A stretch of 63,125 nucleotides of DNA, counting the filler, from Chiloscyllium plagiosum (Eukaryota): the NCBI RefSeq assembly GCF_004010195.1. It is 6 parts of one record of this genome, joined end to end, with 100 filler letters (N's around TTAATTAATTAA, not from the genome) between each part and the next. Parts side by side here need not be neighbours in the genome. Positions count along the whole stretch, not along the records: positions 1 to 14,927 come from NC_057712.1; 5 more parts are not named here. One strand, 5' to 3'. The notes beneath the pieces were generated by a model, which was not told the origin of the DNA, did no database searches, and saw only the letters and a list, made by a program, of their open reading frames with translations. This document shows positions 1-13,864 of the stretch, piece by piece. A program made the position numbers and the translations under genes. Position 1 is the stretch's first letter; every line of letters begins with the position of its first letter.

Positions 1-640
1 AGGTTGAGTCTGTGATTAAGAAAGCGAATGCAATGTTGTCATTTATCTCAAGAGGGTTGGAATATAAAAGCAGCGATGTGCTACTGAGACTTTATAAAGC
101 TCTGGTTAGGCCCCATTTGGAGTACTGTGTCCAGTTTTGGTCCCCACACTCAGGAAGGACATACTGGCACTGGAGCGTGTCCAGCGGAGATTCACACGGA
201 TGATTCCGGGAATGCTTGGTCTAACATATGAGGAACGGCTGAGGATCCTGGGACTGTATTCATTGGAGTTTAGAAGATTAAGGGGAGATCTAATAGAAAC
301 TCAAGATAATACATGGCTTGGAGAGGGTGGACGCTAGGAAATTGTTTCCGTTAGGCGAGGAGATTAGGACCCTTGGACACAGCCTTAGAATTAGAGGGGG
401 TAAATTCAGAACAGAAATGCGGAGACATTTCTTCAGCCAGAGAGTGGTGGGCCTGTGGAATTCATTGCCGCAGAGTGCAGTGGAGGCTGGGACGCTAAAT
501 GTCTTCAAGGCAGAAATTGATAAATTCTTGATGTCACAAGGAATTAAGGGCTACGGGGAGAATGCCCATCAGCCATGATTGAATGGCGGAGTGGACTCGA
601 TGGGCCGAATGGCCTTGCTTCCGCTCCTATGTCTTATGGT
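1..640 (+). mobile_element. CR1-type LINE 3' fragment (RT C-terminus and 3' UTR)
   Basis: ORF pieces [32 protein letters not shown] and FFSQRVVGLWNSLP are typical of the CR1 ORF2 C-terminus; frameshifted. Confidence 0.9.
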
Positions 641-1657
641 CGGACTCCAGAATTAGTCTGGCAACTGTGCAGGAGAGCAATCCAACCATAGAGAAAGAGA
701 CACTCTAGGATTCATCTGGAAACAGCATAGGTGATCAAACTAACAGGAAACAATCTCCAGGCTTAATCCAAGGATCTGTTCCAAAAGTGGATCTGTGTAA
801 CTCTTGTGTTTCTACATTTTCAGGGAGATGCCTACCCAGAGTTAAAGCAAGACCCATGCCAGGTGAGCGATTAAAGTCTGTAATGGAAATTGGGGTGGCA
901 ATCGCCCAACTCAACACCATCTTGTTCAACCCTTACTCACCTCTCCCCACCCTATCTGTCACGTTGTCAACTGGTTGGCACCTGGGAGGGTGTCCTGTTG
1001 CTTGTCCTTTTCCCCCATCACACAGGCTGTGGTGCTGCTCCTTCCTGCCCTCCACCCCATAATATCCTTGGCATCTCTCAGTCATGGTCATGTGGCACAG
1101 CAGATATCCTTTGGCCCATCACGTCTGCACCAACAAGGTGCTACTGAATCTACATGAATCTTACTTTCAATTATTATATTTCGAGCACTCATCCTTTTTA
1201 AACGTTGAGGGGTTTCCTGACTCTACTATCCTCTCGGATCCTCTGGCTGAAAGGATCTTTCCTCAGTAAACCTCCTGCCCTTACCTTAAAATTATGTTCC
1301 CTTGTTATTGACCCTTCAACTAAGGGGCACAGCTGATTCCTATCCAACATTCTCATGCCCCTCACTCAGGGTCCCCCCTTAGCCTGAACCTATTTAACCT
1401 CTTTCCTTACTGAAACTATTCCATTACAGGCAACATCCTGACTAATCTCCTCTGTACCCTGTCCAGTACAATCACATCCTTCCTATGGTGCGGAGATCAA
1501 AACTACACTCAATATTCCAGCTGTAGGTTAACCAAAGTTTTGTACAGCTCCAACGTCACCTTGCTCATCTAATCTCTGCCATGACTAAGTGTCCTGTTGG
1601 CTGCTTTAGTCACCCTATTAACCTCACCACATGACCTCTGACTTGTTTTTTTTTCAG

Positions 1658-1769
1658 ATCATGGACACAATTAATGAGAATGAAGCTGCCTTTCTCTCCT
1701 CTTTGCACCGTGGACGACGTATCATTGATAGAACTTTACAGAAAATGGACAATTCACAGAGTTTCCCAG
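1658..1769 (+). CDS. AARS2: AARS2 internal exon ([37 protein letters not shown])
   Basis: Polypyrimidine tract + CAG acceptor, GTAATG donor, 112 nt; peptide matches the AARS2 [19 protein letters not shown] segment; phase joins the next exon. Confidence 0.93.
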
Positions 1770-2724
1770 GTAATGGGGATGTGGATAGGTATTTCTTGTA
1801 AATGGAGTTGGACTCCTTTAGCCTCACTTCCCAACCCTCCACACACACACTCGGGCACGGTTTCCTCTAATCCACCTCTACCACCATCAGATCCAACCAT
1901 CGAGGAGGGAGTATTAGATGGATAAATGACATCTAGTGTGCCTCAGCAAGAAGAAACACTGTTTAAGTGAAGAGAGATTACAGAATTCAAAGATACAGAG
2001 GAATCTCTGGGTGTTCTGGTATAGAATAACAAAATTCAGGTGCCAAGCAAGTGATTAGGATGGCAAATGGAATTGGTTGCTTATTATGAAGAGGAATGGA
2101 AGATAAAATGAAGCAGGCTTTACTACAGCTATACAGGACGTTGGTGAGACCATATCTGGAGTACTGTACATGGTTTGCGTGTGACATCTTTGAAAAAAAA
2201 ACTGTGGTTGTGTTGGAAGCAGGCCAGTAGTGTTTACTTGGCTTATTCTTGGGGCAAAGCACTGATCTTATGAAGAAAGGTTGAACAGATTAAGTGCGTG
2301 CCCACTGGAGATTCGGGAATAATGAGAGCAGATCTTATATGCTTATAACTGATCATAGGGGAGCTGGATACCTGGGGGATATTGTGAGGGAGACCACAAT
2401 ATAGCGTGACAGAGACCATAAGATGTAAGAGCAGGCATTTGCTATGCTGCATCATTTAGTGAGATCATAGTTGATCTTATAATCTTGAATTCCACTTTGC
2501 TGCTTTTTCCCTATAATCTTACTAATTAAAAATCTGAACAGAATAGCAGTTTATTCTAAGGTGTATTTTTACAAAAAAAAGTGTAAAGCTTTATAAGTCA
2601 CCATACCATGTAGCCTAAATTAATGACTAAAGGCATAAAGACAATAAAAAGGAAATGTTCACCACAGTGAAATTAGAGCTCATGGGTTCAAAGTCCGCTG
2701 GAAAATTGGACTAAAGTCACTGGG

Positions 2725-2928
2725 CTTGGCCGAGACGGCTGCTTAGGGCAGGGCCGGGGCAGCCACTCGGGGCAGGGGTGGGGCCGGGGCAGCTGTTCGG
2801 GGTGGGGCCGGGGCAGGGCCAGGGTCAGGGTCGAGACAGCGGGGCAGGGCCAGGGTCGGGACAGCAAGGCAGGGGCAGGGCCAGGGCTGGGACAGCTGCT
2901 CGGGGCAGGGCGGGGCTGGGCCGTGCCG
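2725..2928. repeat. GC-rich degenerate minisatellite (GGGGCAGGGCCAGGG-type units)
   Basis: Visible short G-run tandem repeats in an AARS2 intron. Confidence 0.8.
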
Positions 2929-4309
2929 GACTCTTGAAATACCCGGTAGCTGTCTTCAAAGCTGGGTTGAGACCATCATGCTGCACTGCTGGAATACATG
3001 GAAGCCTAGCTCACTCCTCCTGGACAAGAGTGCCACATAGGGACCTTGCGCAACCAGGCAGCAGGCCTAATGTGCCCCTAAGGGCCATTGGAACCAACCT
3101 CATCACTGCGCCATCTGCCAGGTGCCTCTGCCAAAGTTGCTAAAATAAGATAAGGTACCATAGTAAATAAAAGCATCTTTTCAAAAAAATACATAGAAAG
3201 AAAAAGAAAGCAAAGTGGGCTCTCTGAGGGGCCCACACATTGAGCTACTGCTGTCTCACCTTTTGGATGTTTATCTCAGCCTTAAATATACTTAATGACA
3301 TAGCCCTCTGCGATAAAGAATTCTACAGATTGACTACCCTCTAAAGGAAGAAATTCCTCCTCATCTCTGTCCTAAATGGGCAATCCCTTACTCTGAGATT
3401 ATACCTTCTTGTCCTAGACTGTTCCACAGAGGACAGTTCCCCTCGGGATCTTGTCTGTTTCGATAAGTCGCCTGTCATCCTTCTAAACCCCAATGAATAG
3501 AGGCCCAACCTACCCTACCTTTCCTCACAAGACAGTCCTTCCATACCCAGGATTAACATGGTAAATCTTTCTAGATTGCACACTGTCATGTTAGCATGCT
3601 GGAAGTCAAGACCAGCTATTCCTGTAGTCATCACAAAAGTTATAAAGATTTTTTAAAGTGTGCAAAATTTCCAGGATACGTTGAGATCAGTCTTGTGCCG
3701 ATCAGAATTTTACTTCTCAGTCTCACCTCTGCTATTTATAAAATCATGGAGTCTTACAGCATAGAAACAGACCCTGCAGTCCAACTCGTCTGCTCCAGCC
3801 AGACATCCACAATCTGACCTTGTCCCATTTGCCACATACTTTCATTGATTTGCAGGAGGCACTATGGCAATGTTAGGGATCTCACACACACAAAGCATTT
3901 CTGACTTGCTAATTACAAGTCACAGCTTACAGCAGCTGCTGAAGGAAGAATAAATTGGTTTTCTTCTGGCTTAAAGTGAGATTTCTGCAGAGAACAGGGA
4001 GAACTCCTGAGCTGGTAGAGGTTGGATGGCTCCTTCCCATTTTGTTCACAGCACTAAGGTGTTCAATTATCTGAGAATAAATCGCAGTTGTTGGTGGGAA
4101 GAAGGCCTTTGTCATCAGTTACCGGTCACTCGTCTACAGACCAGTCAGCTGCTTGTTGCTGGGTAATCTTCTATTTGCGTAGGCTTGGCCCCAGCTCCGC
4201 TGCAAACAGGGCTTAAAATGATTGTAACTTGCTCTCAAAGCCTGCAGTAATCCTTGATTTTTCTCATTTCAGTCCACCATCAACAACACAGAAAAATAAA
4301 AGACATGTT

Positions 4310-6090
4310 CTTTACACCATATATCTTAGATAAGTAGACCAGAACTATTCACAGTATTCAATGTGTGGTTCAACTAGTGCCTTGTATAGTCTTGTATTAC
4401 CTGCTGAATACAGATGCCAACTTTTTATGATATATGCACAAGGACTTCCAATTTCCAGGAAATTGTCCTAAATATATGGTGAAATCTTCCTGTGCCATAG
4501 GTTTCTGTAGTTTCTCTCTATTTATAATGTTCAACTGTTGTATTCTTGTTGCCAAAGTGCATAAACTCGCATTTTCCCACATATTCCATCTGTCGATTTT
4601 TTTTGCCAATTTGTTGAACTTTTTCTGTACCACTGTGCAGACTTTGTGTCATCCTCACTGCTTGTCTGCCCACTTATTTTGTCATCCAGAAACTTAGCAA
4701 TAGTGCATTCTTATTTTATTCCAAATCACTGACGTGTAGTGTAAATAATTGTGGTTGAACACTGATCCATGTGGCACTGTACTAGTTAGATTGCCATCCT
4801 GAAAATGCCCTCATTTGTCTTCCAATATCCTTTATCCATGCTAGTATACTACCCAAACACCCTAACATGGGCTTTTATAATAATAAGTAGTTGAATGTAC
4901 TGTATTTTATCAAATGCTTTTTGGAAACCCAAATGTTTTATATCTACTGGTTCCTCTTTAAGTTTCTTGATATCTCAAAGAAACTAATAAACATGTCGGG
5001 TATGATTCCCATTTTTTGGCTCTGCTTGATCATATCATGTATTTCTAGATTCCCTGCAATCACATTATTTGTAATAGACAGTAACATTTTCCAACTAACA
5101 AACCCTAATTAAGCTAACAAGCCTATAGTTACCTTTTTTGTCTCTTTTCCCTTTCCATCTGCAGTTTTCCAATCATCTGGGGTTTTTCTGAAATCTGAGG
5201 ATTGTTGGAAGATTACTATGATGTGTCCATGATATCTCTAGTTGCTTCCTTTAATATCCTAGGAAGCAACACAATAAGACCAAGGACCTTTTGGCCTTTA
5301 GCCTTATTAGTTTCCCTTGTAGTTTCTCTTGTGATAGTTACTGTATTTATTTTCCTCTCCCTGTTTCACCCCTTGATTACTTAGTTTTTGAACTATTGTT
5401 AGTGGCCTCTATCTTAAAGACTGCTACAGCTCCTCCGTTATTTCCTGTTTCCCTAGCTGCCGCCTCTAATGGGCCTGTATTCACCTTGACTTCTTGTTTC
5501 CTTTTTATGTATTTAACCAAGTACCTACCATTCATTTTGATATCACTTGCTAATTTACCCTCAAAATTGATTCCCCTCCCCTTTGTTCTTTGATCATCTT
5601 GTGTGGTTTAGCAACTTTCCCAGTCCTCTTGCATCTATTAATCTTTTCTACGTTTCTTATTTCAAGTTGATAGTATGCTTAACTTGATTTACCATGGTTG
5701 GTTTATGTCCTTCCTAGGATTCTCCTTCCTCACTAGGATATATCTTTGTTGCGAGTCACAAGCTATATCCTGAAATGTCCATTATTTTACTCAATTGTTT
5801 TTTCAGTTAATCTTCTTAAGTTGCCAGTATGCACATTTAGCACAGTTGTTTCTAGGTTCCTCCCTCTCAAACCAATTGTTACAATTTATTGTTATGATCA
5901 CTGTTTCCCAAGGGACATCATGCATTAAACAATTTTATTAATTATATGTCAAAATTGCCTGATCCCTGGTTAGATCCACAAAAAGTTTCCCAAGTACTGT
6001 CTATGAATTCTTCCTCATGGCTTCCTCTGTCAGATTTTCAGAATTTACCTGAAGACGAAAGTCACTCCTGATTAATGTACTGCCTTTGTC
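4310..6090 (-). mobile_element. Old, degraded CR1-type LINE fragment
   Basis: Minus-strand remnants of CR1 RT/EN motifs with many stops and indels. Confidence 0.65.
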
Positions 6091-6099
6091 AATCTGGTT

Positions 6100-6166
6100 G
6101 GGCAGCACGGTGGCACAGTGGTTAGCACTGCTGCCTCACAGTGCCAGAGACCCGGGTTCAATTCCT
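6100..6166 (+). mobile_element. HE1/V-SINE 5' fragment (tRNA-derived head only)
   Basis: GGCAGCACGGTGGCACAGTGGTTAGCACTGCTGCCTCACAG...GGTTCAATTCC with pol III A/B-box-like motifs. Confidence 0.8.
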
Positions 6167-6366
6167 ATCTTTGGCCCATGTCCCTTAATCCCTTGCTGAA
6201 CAAAAATTTATCTGACTTGGATTTAAAATTAACAACTGATCTAACATCAACTGCTGCTTTTGGAAGAGCGTTCTGAAAATCTACCACCTTTTTTTTGTAT
6301 GGAAGTGCTTCTTAACACCTCTCCTAATGGTCTGGCCCTATTCTCAGACTATGCCCCCGAGGTCTA

Positions 6367-6684
6367 GGGTGGCACGGTGACATAGTGGTTAGCACTGCTG
6401 CCTCACAGCGCCAGAGACCTAGGTTCAATTCCCGCCTCAGGTGACTGTGTGGAGTTTGCACATTCTCCCCGTGTTTGCGTGGGTTTCCTCCGGGTGCTCC
6501 GGTTTCCTCCCACAGTCCAAAAATGTGCAGGTTAGGTGAATTGGCCATGTTAAATTGCCCGTAGTGTTAGGTGAAGGGATAAATGTAGGGGAATGGGTCT
6601 GGGTGGGTTGCGCTTCGGCGGGTCGGTGTGGACTTGTTGGGCCGAAGGGCCTATTTCCACACTAAGTGATCTAATCTAATCTAA
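6367..6684 (+). mobile_element. HE1/V-SINE, full length
   Basis: tRNA-like head, central TGTGTGGAGTTTGCACATTCTCCCCGTG domain, CR1-like tail ending in (TAATC)n. Confidence 0.9.
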
Positions 6685-7334
6685 TACTCAAGTAGTTTTC
6701 TCAGAAAAGAGAGATGAAAAACAGTGGAGACCTCTGCAAATTGAAGACCTTACTTTTACTTAAAAGACAAATTTGCTTCTTTCTATGTACTCGCATCACA
6801 TGCTATGGTCTGTAATGTCACTCCAGCTCAGCCCATCAATCCACACCTTTTACCCTTTTCCACTTACCTCTTTTGAGTTTGCTTCTTCCAGTAAACCAAC
6901 TTAAAACACCTCTGTCCTCTTTCGCATCAAATATCTTTTTTGATTCAAATTTCTAATTGTAGTCAGTCAAATCTTATTTGGGTTTTATCTCACTAAACTG
7001 AATTCCCACACTGCTGCAGTTCCGCAGTAACTGTGCTCCTTACAACAGAGAGTGGAGAATGGGGCATGAGGTTGGATCTCATTCAAAGTTTGTGCCCTGT
7101 TCCTGCTGATAGTTCACTGACTCCTGTGGAGGCAGCAAGGACATAGATTTGCATCAAAGGCTCCCATATGTGATTGGCCACCTTCTCAGTCAAAGTTCAC
7201 TTGTCAGGACTAGAAAGGCACTGAGCTTTAGACTAGTTCTCTGGTACATGAGTGCTGACTTTGGTTAGGGAGGATGTTGGATGGCATGATTGTAGATGTG
7301 GAACCATCACAATCACCCTTCTCCATGTTTGCAG

Positions 7335-7462
7335 TGGATGTGGCCTGGTCTCTACACAGGAACTTGGGCTTCCCCCTCGATCTGATTAGCCTAATGCTGG
7401 AAGAAAAGGCAGTGAACGTGGACACTGAAGCCTTGCGGCAGCTGGCAAAGGAAGAGGCAGAG
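7335..7462 (+). CDS. AARS2: AARS2 internal exon (VDVAWSLHRNLGFPLDLISLMLEEKAVNVDTEALRQLAKEEAE)
   Basis: TTTGCAG acceptor, GTGAGG donor, 128 nt; AlaRS-type AWxL...GFPLDL..LMLEEK motif. Confidence 0.95.
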
Positions 7463-8931
7463 GTGAGGTTTTAAGATGCTGAATGGGCTGCCCAGAAACC
7501 ACTAGTGATGTGTCAGTCTAGCTTATGTGCTTCCCCTGCCCCTCTGTCTAAACCCTCAAGACCTTCAACTCCAGAATCCTGTGGAGATAACTGAGCTTTT
7601 CCGGTTCTTGATTTATATGCCACCTGGATTGGAATCACTCCGCTATTGGTGGCAGTTCCTTCTGTCATCTGATTTTGATTTATTACTGTCACGTGTACTG
7701 AGGTACAGTGAGAAAGGTGTGTCTTCCAAGCTTTACAGACAGATCATACTATACAAGTGCATCAGGGTAACAGAACACAGAGTGCAGGGTGCTGTGTTAC
7801 AGCTGCCAGTGTGGGATTCCCTCCCGACATCTCTCTTCCTCTTTACTGCACTTCCCTCAATTAAGAACTTTGCCCATTTATTGAATAAATTGTCTAATTC
7901 AGTATTTCCTTATTTTATTTAATCAAACATTGGTTGTATGCCAGAGAAACACCAAATATAAACATAAGGACCGGGAGCAACAGTGGACCATTTGACCCCT
8001 AAAGCCTGTTCTTCCACCGTACAACATTACGGCCAATCTGTTACACGTCCATTTCATGTCGATTCCTCACAGCCCTCGACCGCTAACACCACCCACTCCC
8101 CAATATTTCAAAAATCTATCTACCTCTTTAAATACTTCATTGATCTAGCCTCCACAGTTCTCTTCTGTAAGGAATTCCAGACATTCACTAACTTCTAGGA
8201 GAAGAAATTCCTTCATACCTCAGTTTTAAAAAACTGTTCCCTTGTTCTATAACTATGTCCTGTATTCCAAATTTCCTGCACTAGTGGAAGCATCATTTCA
8301 ACATCTACCCAGTGAAACTCCCTCAGAATCTTTGATGTTTCAATACCCCCCCATTCTTCTAAACTCTAATAAATAGGCCATTTTTAGCTTCTCAGCCATT
8401 TTTGATAAGTCAACCCTTTTATCTCAGGAATCAGTGCAATGAATCAACTATTGAACTGCTTCCAGTTTTAATATATCCTTCCCTAAATACAGGCATCAAA
8501 ACTACATAGTACTCCAGATGCAGCCTCATGAACACCCTGTACAATTGTAACAAGATTTCACTGTTTCCAAAACCAGCACCCAAGCAGAAGGCAACACTGC
8601 AATATAAATTTAAGTCATTTATGAAGTGTGAGCAAGGCACAGTGTTCTAATGTATGCTGTTTTCATCTAGAGGAGAGTCATGGTCTCTCGCCTGCTCTCT
8701 TTCTTCCTCCCTCTGTCTGTCTAATTGAAGCACATGTATCCAGCTTGGCTGATTTCAGCTGGATCAGTGGCAATGACATGGGATGGCGTGTGATAAATAG
8801 ATGTGGCTCCTTTTTCTCATTTGTTCTTCAGATGTAAGTATTGCTGGCTGGGCCAGCATTTATTGACCATCCCTGATTGTTCTGAGACAGGCGTGCTGAG
8901 CTGTGCCTTGAATTTCACATGCTGTATATAG

Positions 8932-9648
8932 AGCATAGAACATTACAGCGCAGTACAGGCCCTTCAACCCTCGATGTTGCGCCGACCTGTGGAACCCATC
9001 TGAAGCCCATCTATCCTACACTATTCCATTATCATCCATTATTTATCCAATGACCATTCAATGCCCTTAAAGTTTGCATGTCTACAACTGTTGCAGGCAG
9101 TGTGTTCTACACCCCTACCACTGAATAAAGAAACTCTCTGACATCTGTCCTGTATCTATCACCCCTCAATTTAAAGCTATGTCCCCTTGTACTAGTCATC
9201 ACTATCTGAAAAAAAAGGCTCTCACTCTCCACCCTATCTAACTCTTATGATCATCTTCTATGTCTCAAGTCACCTCTCAACCTCCTCCTTTTCTAATAAA
9301 AACAGCCTCAAAGTCCCTCAGCCTTTCCTCATAAGACCTTCCCTCCATACCAGGCAATAGCCTGGTAAATCTCCTCTGGAACCTTTACAAAGCTTCCACA
9401 TCCTTCCTATAATGCAGTGACCAGAACTGTACGTAATACTCCAAGTGCGGCTGCAGAGGTTTGTCAAGCTGCAGCATGACTTCATGGCCCTGGAACTCAA
9501 TCCTCTATCAATAAAAGCTAACACATTGTATGCCTTCTTAACAACCCCATCAACCTGGGTGGCAACTTTCAGGGATCTATGTACATGGACACCGAGATCT
9601 CTCTGCTCATCTACACTGCCAAGAATCTTACCATTAACCCAGTACTCT
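8932..9648 (-). mobile_element. CR1-type LINE 3' fragment
   Basis: Reverse complement of the CR1 RT C-terminus and 3' tail. Confidence 0.85.
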
Positions 9649-9651
9649 TTA

Positions 9652-11347
9652 TGGATGTAGGTTTGCTCGCTGAGCTGGAAGATTCATTTCGAGACATTTC
9701 ATCACCCTACTAGGTAACATCTTCAGTAGGCCTCAGGTGAAGCACTATACATGATTCCTGCTTTCTATTTATATGCTTGGGTTTCTTTGGGTTGGTGATG
9801 TCATTTCTTGTGGCGATGTCATTTCCTGTTCCTTTTCTCAGGGGGTGGTAGATGGGGTCTAACTCGACGTGTTGGTTGATAGAGTTCCAGTTGGAATGTT
9901 GTGCTTCCAGAAATTCTCATGCTGTCTCTGTTTGGCTTGTCCTAGGATGGACATGTTGTCCCAGTCGAAGTGGTGTCCTTCCTTATCTGTATGTAAGGAT
10001 ACTAGTGAGAGAGGGTCATGTCGTTTTGTGGCTAGTTGATGTTCATGTATCCTGGTGGCTAGTTTTCTGCCTGTTTGTCCAATGTAGTGTTTGTTGCAGT
10101 TCTTGCAAGGTATTTTGTAATTGACATTAGTCTTGCTTGCTGTCTGTATGGGGTCTTTCAAGTTCATCAGCTGCTGTTTTAGTGTTTAAATACTTAATAG
10201 AAGACTAACGCCACTCCATCCACCCCACCCAAGAATTCCTGAAGACCATCAAAGACACCAAAAAAGAAGTGGATGAAATAATGGTCTCCTTTGATGTAAC
10301 AGCCTTGTTTACATCAATCAACATTAACTTGGCCAAGGAAACACTGACTACACAAAGACACATACACCAAACACCACTAACTTCATCAGCAAGGACAGTA
10401 TCATCAAGCTGGTGGACCTATGCCTTACCACACATTTCACCTTCAACAAAAAAACCTACAGACAAATCAAAGGAACACTCACAGGATCTCTGATATCAGG
10501 GTTCTTAGCAGAGGCAGTAATACAGAGATTCGAACAAACAGCTCTGCCAACCATCCAACCCAAGCTTTGGGTCCGCTACGTGGATGGCATCTTTGTCATC
10601 ACTAAACAAAACAAATTGGAGGAAACCTTCAGACCATCAAGAATAGCCTTATTGGCATAAAATTCACTAAAGAGGAAAACAACAACATGTCACAGTAGAT
10701 CGAACAGCCAATGGGGAACTCCAAACCAACATCTACAGGAAAACAACACATACAGACCAAACATTGAACTACAGAAGCAATCATCCCAACACCCACAAAC
10801 GAAGCTGCATCAGAACATTATTTCAATGAGCCTACACACACTGCAGCACAGAGGAACTATGCAGAGCAGAGGAAAATCACCTGTACAGTGTATTCAAAAT
10901 GAATGGGTACCCAATGAACACAGTCCGTCGATTTCTCAGCAACAAACCCAAACAAGCAGACAAAACACGTCAAGAAACCCTTGCCATTCTCCCCTACATC
11001 AAAGACATCTCGGAAATGACTGCCAGACTACTCAGACCCCTTGGCATCATGGTAGCCCACAAACCCACCAAAACAGCAGCGGATGAACTTGAAAGACCCT
11101 ATACAGGCACCAAGCAAGACTTACGTCGTTTGCAAAATACCTTGCAAGAGCTGTAACAAACACTAGATTGGACAAACAGGCAGAAAACTAGCCACCAGGA
11201 TACATGAACATCAACTAACCACAAAACGACATGACCCTCTCTCACTAGTATCCTTATATACAGATAAGGAAGGACATCACTTCGACTGGGACAACACATC
11301 CATCCTAGGACAAGCTAAACAGAAACACGCACAAGAATTCCTAGAAG
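9652..11347. mobile_element. Penelope-like element: inverted 3' portion (9652-~10187, minus) joined to an RT/GIY-YIG portion (~10188-11347, plus)
   Basis: MVSFDVTALFT and LWVRYVDG (YVDD-type) RT motifs; GIY-YIG segment NYKIPCKNCNKHYIGQTGRKLATRIHEH present in both orientations; hammerhead core at 9693-9726 (minus). Confidence 0.9.
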
Positions 11348-11349
11348 TT

Positions 11350-12210
11350 TTGTGCAGTGCGACCTACCCTTCCCAAAACAGTGACTATCCCTGATCATCT
11401 TATACCTTTCAAGATGATAAATCCTATCTCTTATAACCTTTTCCAACAAGGCTCACTGTTCTGTAATTACCAGGGTTGTCTCTACCCTTGAACAAGGGGA
11501 AATATTTGCTATCCACCAGTCTTCAGGCACTATTCCTGAAGACAATGATACATAAAGATCAAAGCCAAAGGTTCTGCAATCACTTCCCTGCTTCCCAGAG
11601 AATCCTAGGATAAATTCCATCCGGCCCAGAGGACTTATCTATTTTCACACTTTTCAGAATTGCTAACACCTCCTCCTTGCGAACATCAACCCTGTCTAGT
11701 CTAGTATTCTCCTCGAAAACATTGTCTTTTTCCAGTACGAATACTGATGAAAATTATTCATTTAGCGCTTCCTCCATCTCCTCAGACTCCATGCATAACC
11801 TTTCACTACTATCCTTGTCTGGCCCTCATTTTATTCCAGTCATTCTTTTATTCCTGATATACCTACAGAAAGCCTTAGGGTTTTCCTTGATCCTATCCGC
11901 CAACAACTTCTCATGTCTCCTCCTGGCTCTTATTAGCTCTCTCTTTAGGTCTTTCCGACTAACTTGTAACTCTCAAGCTGGGCCTTCACATCTCATCCTA
12001 ACAGAAGCTGCCGCCTTCCTCTTGACAAGAGATTCAATTCCTTTAGTAAACCACGGCTCCCTCGCTCGACCACTTCCTCCCTGCCTGACAGGTGCGTAAT
12101 TATCAAGGACCCGCAGTAACCGGTCCTTGAATAAGCTCCACATTCCAGTTGTGCCCATTCCCTGCAGTTTCCTTCCCCATCTTATGCTTCCTAAGTCTTG
12201 CCTATTCAAC
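11350..12210 (-). mobile_element. CR1-type LINE internal fragment
   Basis: Minus-strand REPWFTK and [17 protein letters not shown] CR1 ORF2 motifs. Confidence 0.8.
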
Positions 12211-12454
12211 TTTCCTACAGCTATAACTGTTGACCTGTGGTTTAAAAAAAAGTGTGTAAGTACAAAGTGAGTGTTGTTAGGACGGAGTTCCAGGACTTTG
12301 ACCCTATTACGTCATACTGGTTTCACAGAGAAGGGAAGAGGAGGCTTTGAAACATAAGTTTTCAGAAGTTCGTGCATTGGGTTTTCTGTACGAGCTGTTC
12401 TGAGCGCTCTCTCGGGATACTGTAGTTTGATGGATTTTTTTTCTATCTCTGCAG

Positions 12455-12596
12455 CGTCTGAGACCACCCCCCCAGTCAGAATTGCAACAGGGCAGAGTGC
12501 TGGGTATACAAGACATAAATGAACTCCAGAGGACTGGAGTGCTCAGAACGGATGATTCAGCAAAACACATCTACACGCTTGAGGATGGCAAATATG
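12455..12596 (+). CDS. AARS2: AARS2 internal exon (RLRPPPQSELQQGRVLGIQDINELQRTGVLRTDDSAKHIYTLEDGKY)
   Basis: Pyrimidine tract + CAG acceptor, GTAAAC donor, 142 nt; ELQRxGVxxTDDSxK motif. Confidence 0.93.
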
Positions 12597-12689
12597 GTAA
12601 ACACATTTTCAGGCAAACTCATCCCACCAAATGCACAAAGAGGCAATTGGATTGGCAAAATCTGATTGAGAACGAGAGATTAGAGACAG

Positions 12690-13265
12690 TGTGAAGCTCA
12701 TTAGATCCTGTCTCCATAAAACACACCCATTATAGGTACAGCAGAGGGTTAGATTCAGAATAAAGTTTCCTCTACATTGTCCCCATCAAACACTCCCAGG
12801 ACAAAGACAGCACTGCATTAGTTATAGAATAAAGCTCCATCTATTCTGTCTCCATTAAACACTGAGGCACAAGTACAATTTGGGATCAAATACAGAATAA
12901 GCAACCCTCATTAAACAGTTCCAGGACAGGTACAGCACATGATTAGATAGAAAGTATCTAATCTTTTAAACTAATCTTCTAGTCTTTTAAGCTAAAGGTA
13001 AACAGAGTGTACTGTTGTCTCTATGCTGTCCCAATCAAACACTATCAGAATTGGTGCAGCATGGGGTTAGATACAGAGTAAAGTTCCCTCTACACTGTTC
13101 ACATCAAACACTACCAGGGCAGGTAGGGCAAGGGGTTAGATACACTGATCTTTCCATACTGTCCCCATCAAAACAACTTCCTGGACAGTGACAGCATAAA
13201 GTTAGATACAAAGTAAATATTCCTCTACACTGTTCCCATCAAAGACACCTAAGACAGGTACAGTA
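12690..13265. repeat. Degenerate ~68-bp tandem repeat (CTCTACACTGTCCCCATCAAACACTCCCAGGACAGGTACAGCACGGGGTTAGATACAGAGTAAAG-like)
   Basis: About 8 diverged copies visible. Confidence 0.85.
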
Positions 13266-13562
13266 GGAGAACACGCGATGATGCTTGCTGTGATCCTAGG
13301 AATGACGTTGTTGGGTTTTGACTCTGCAGTGAGTGTGAATCAATGTTTATAAAACAAAGAACTGTAGATCTCTCAGTTCTCATCTTACAAAGAACCAGAA
13401 ATCTGAAACAAAAAAGAAATTGCTGAAAACATTCAGCAGACCTGGCAGCATCTGTGAAGAGAAAGAGTCAACATTTTGACAGCAATGTCACTGTACCCAA
13501 AGACCATCAAGTTCCTCCAGTTTTGGTTTTTGTTTGTGAAACTGTGTGTATTTGTTTTCCAG

Positions 13563-13732
13563 TGTTTAGTCCCTGCCAGGCCACTGTAGTAGCATTGTAT
13601 GAGGGCAACTCATTGGTGAAGGAGGTGAGGCGAAGTCAGACGTGTGGTGTCATCCTGGACCGAACCAATTTCTACAGCGAGCAGGGTGGGCAGACCCATG
13701 ACCTGGGTTATTTTATACGAGAGGGTCACCAG
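13563..13732 (+). CDS. AARS2: AARS2 internal exon (VFSPCQATVVALYEGNSLVKEVRRSQTCGVILDRTNFYSEQGGQTHDLGYFIREGHQ)
   Basis: TTTTCCAG acceptor, 170 nt; hallmark AlaRS LDRTNFYxEQGGQxxDxG; ends at a GC donor (CAG|GCAAGT). Confidence 0.95.
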
Positions 13733-13864
13733 GCAAGTTTGGCTGCGTGGTGCGATTTCAGCGCTGACACCGAATCCTGAAGTCTGGCGGCACCCTCTGG
13801 GTCCGAACTTAGGTTGCACACTCCGATCCACCTGCCCCGATCCACCTGCCCCCGTCCTCCGCTG

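Noticed and set aside
2778..3143. Gly/Ala/Arg-rich 121-aa ORF
   Set aside because: Translation of a GC-rich minisatellite; no splice or homology support
6100..6166. tRNA-like sequences with A/B boxes here and at other SINE heads
   Set aside because: They are HE1/V-SINE heads, not complete tRNA cloverleaves
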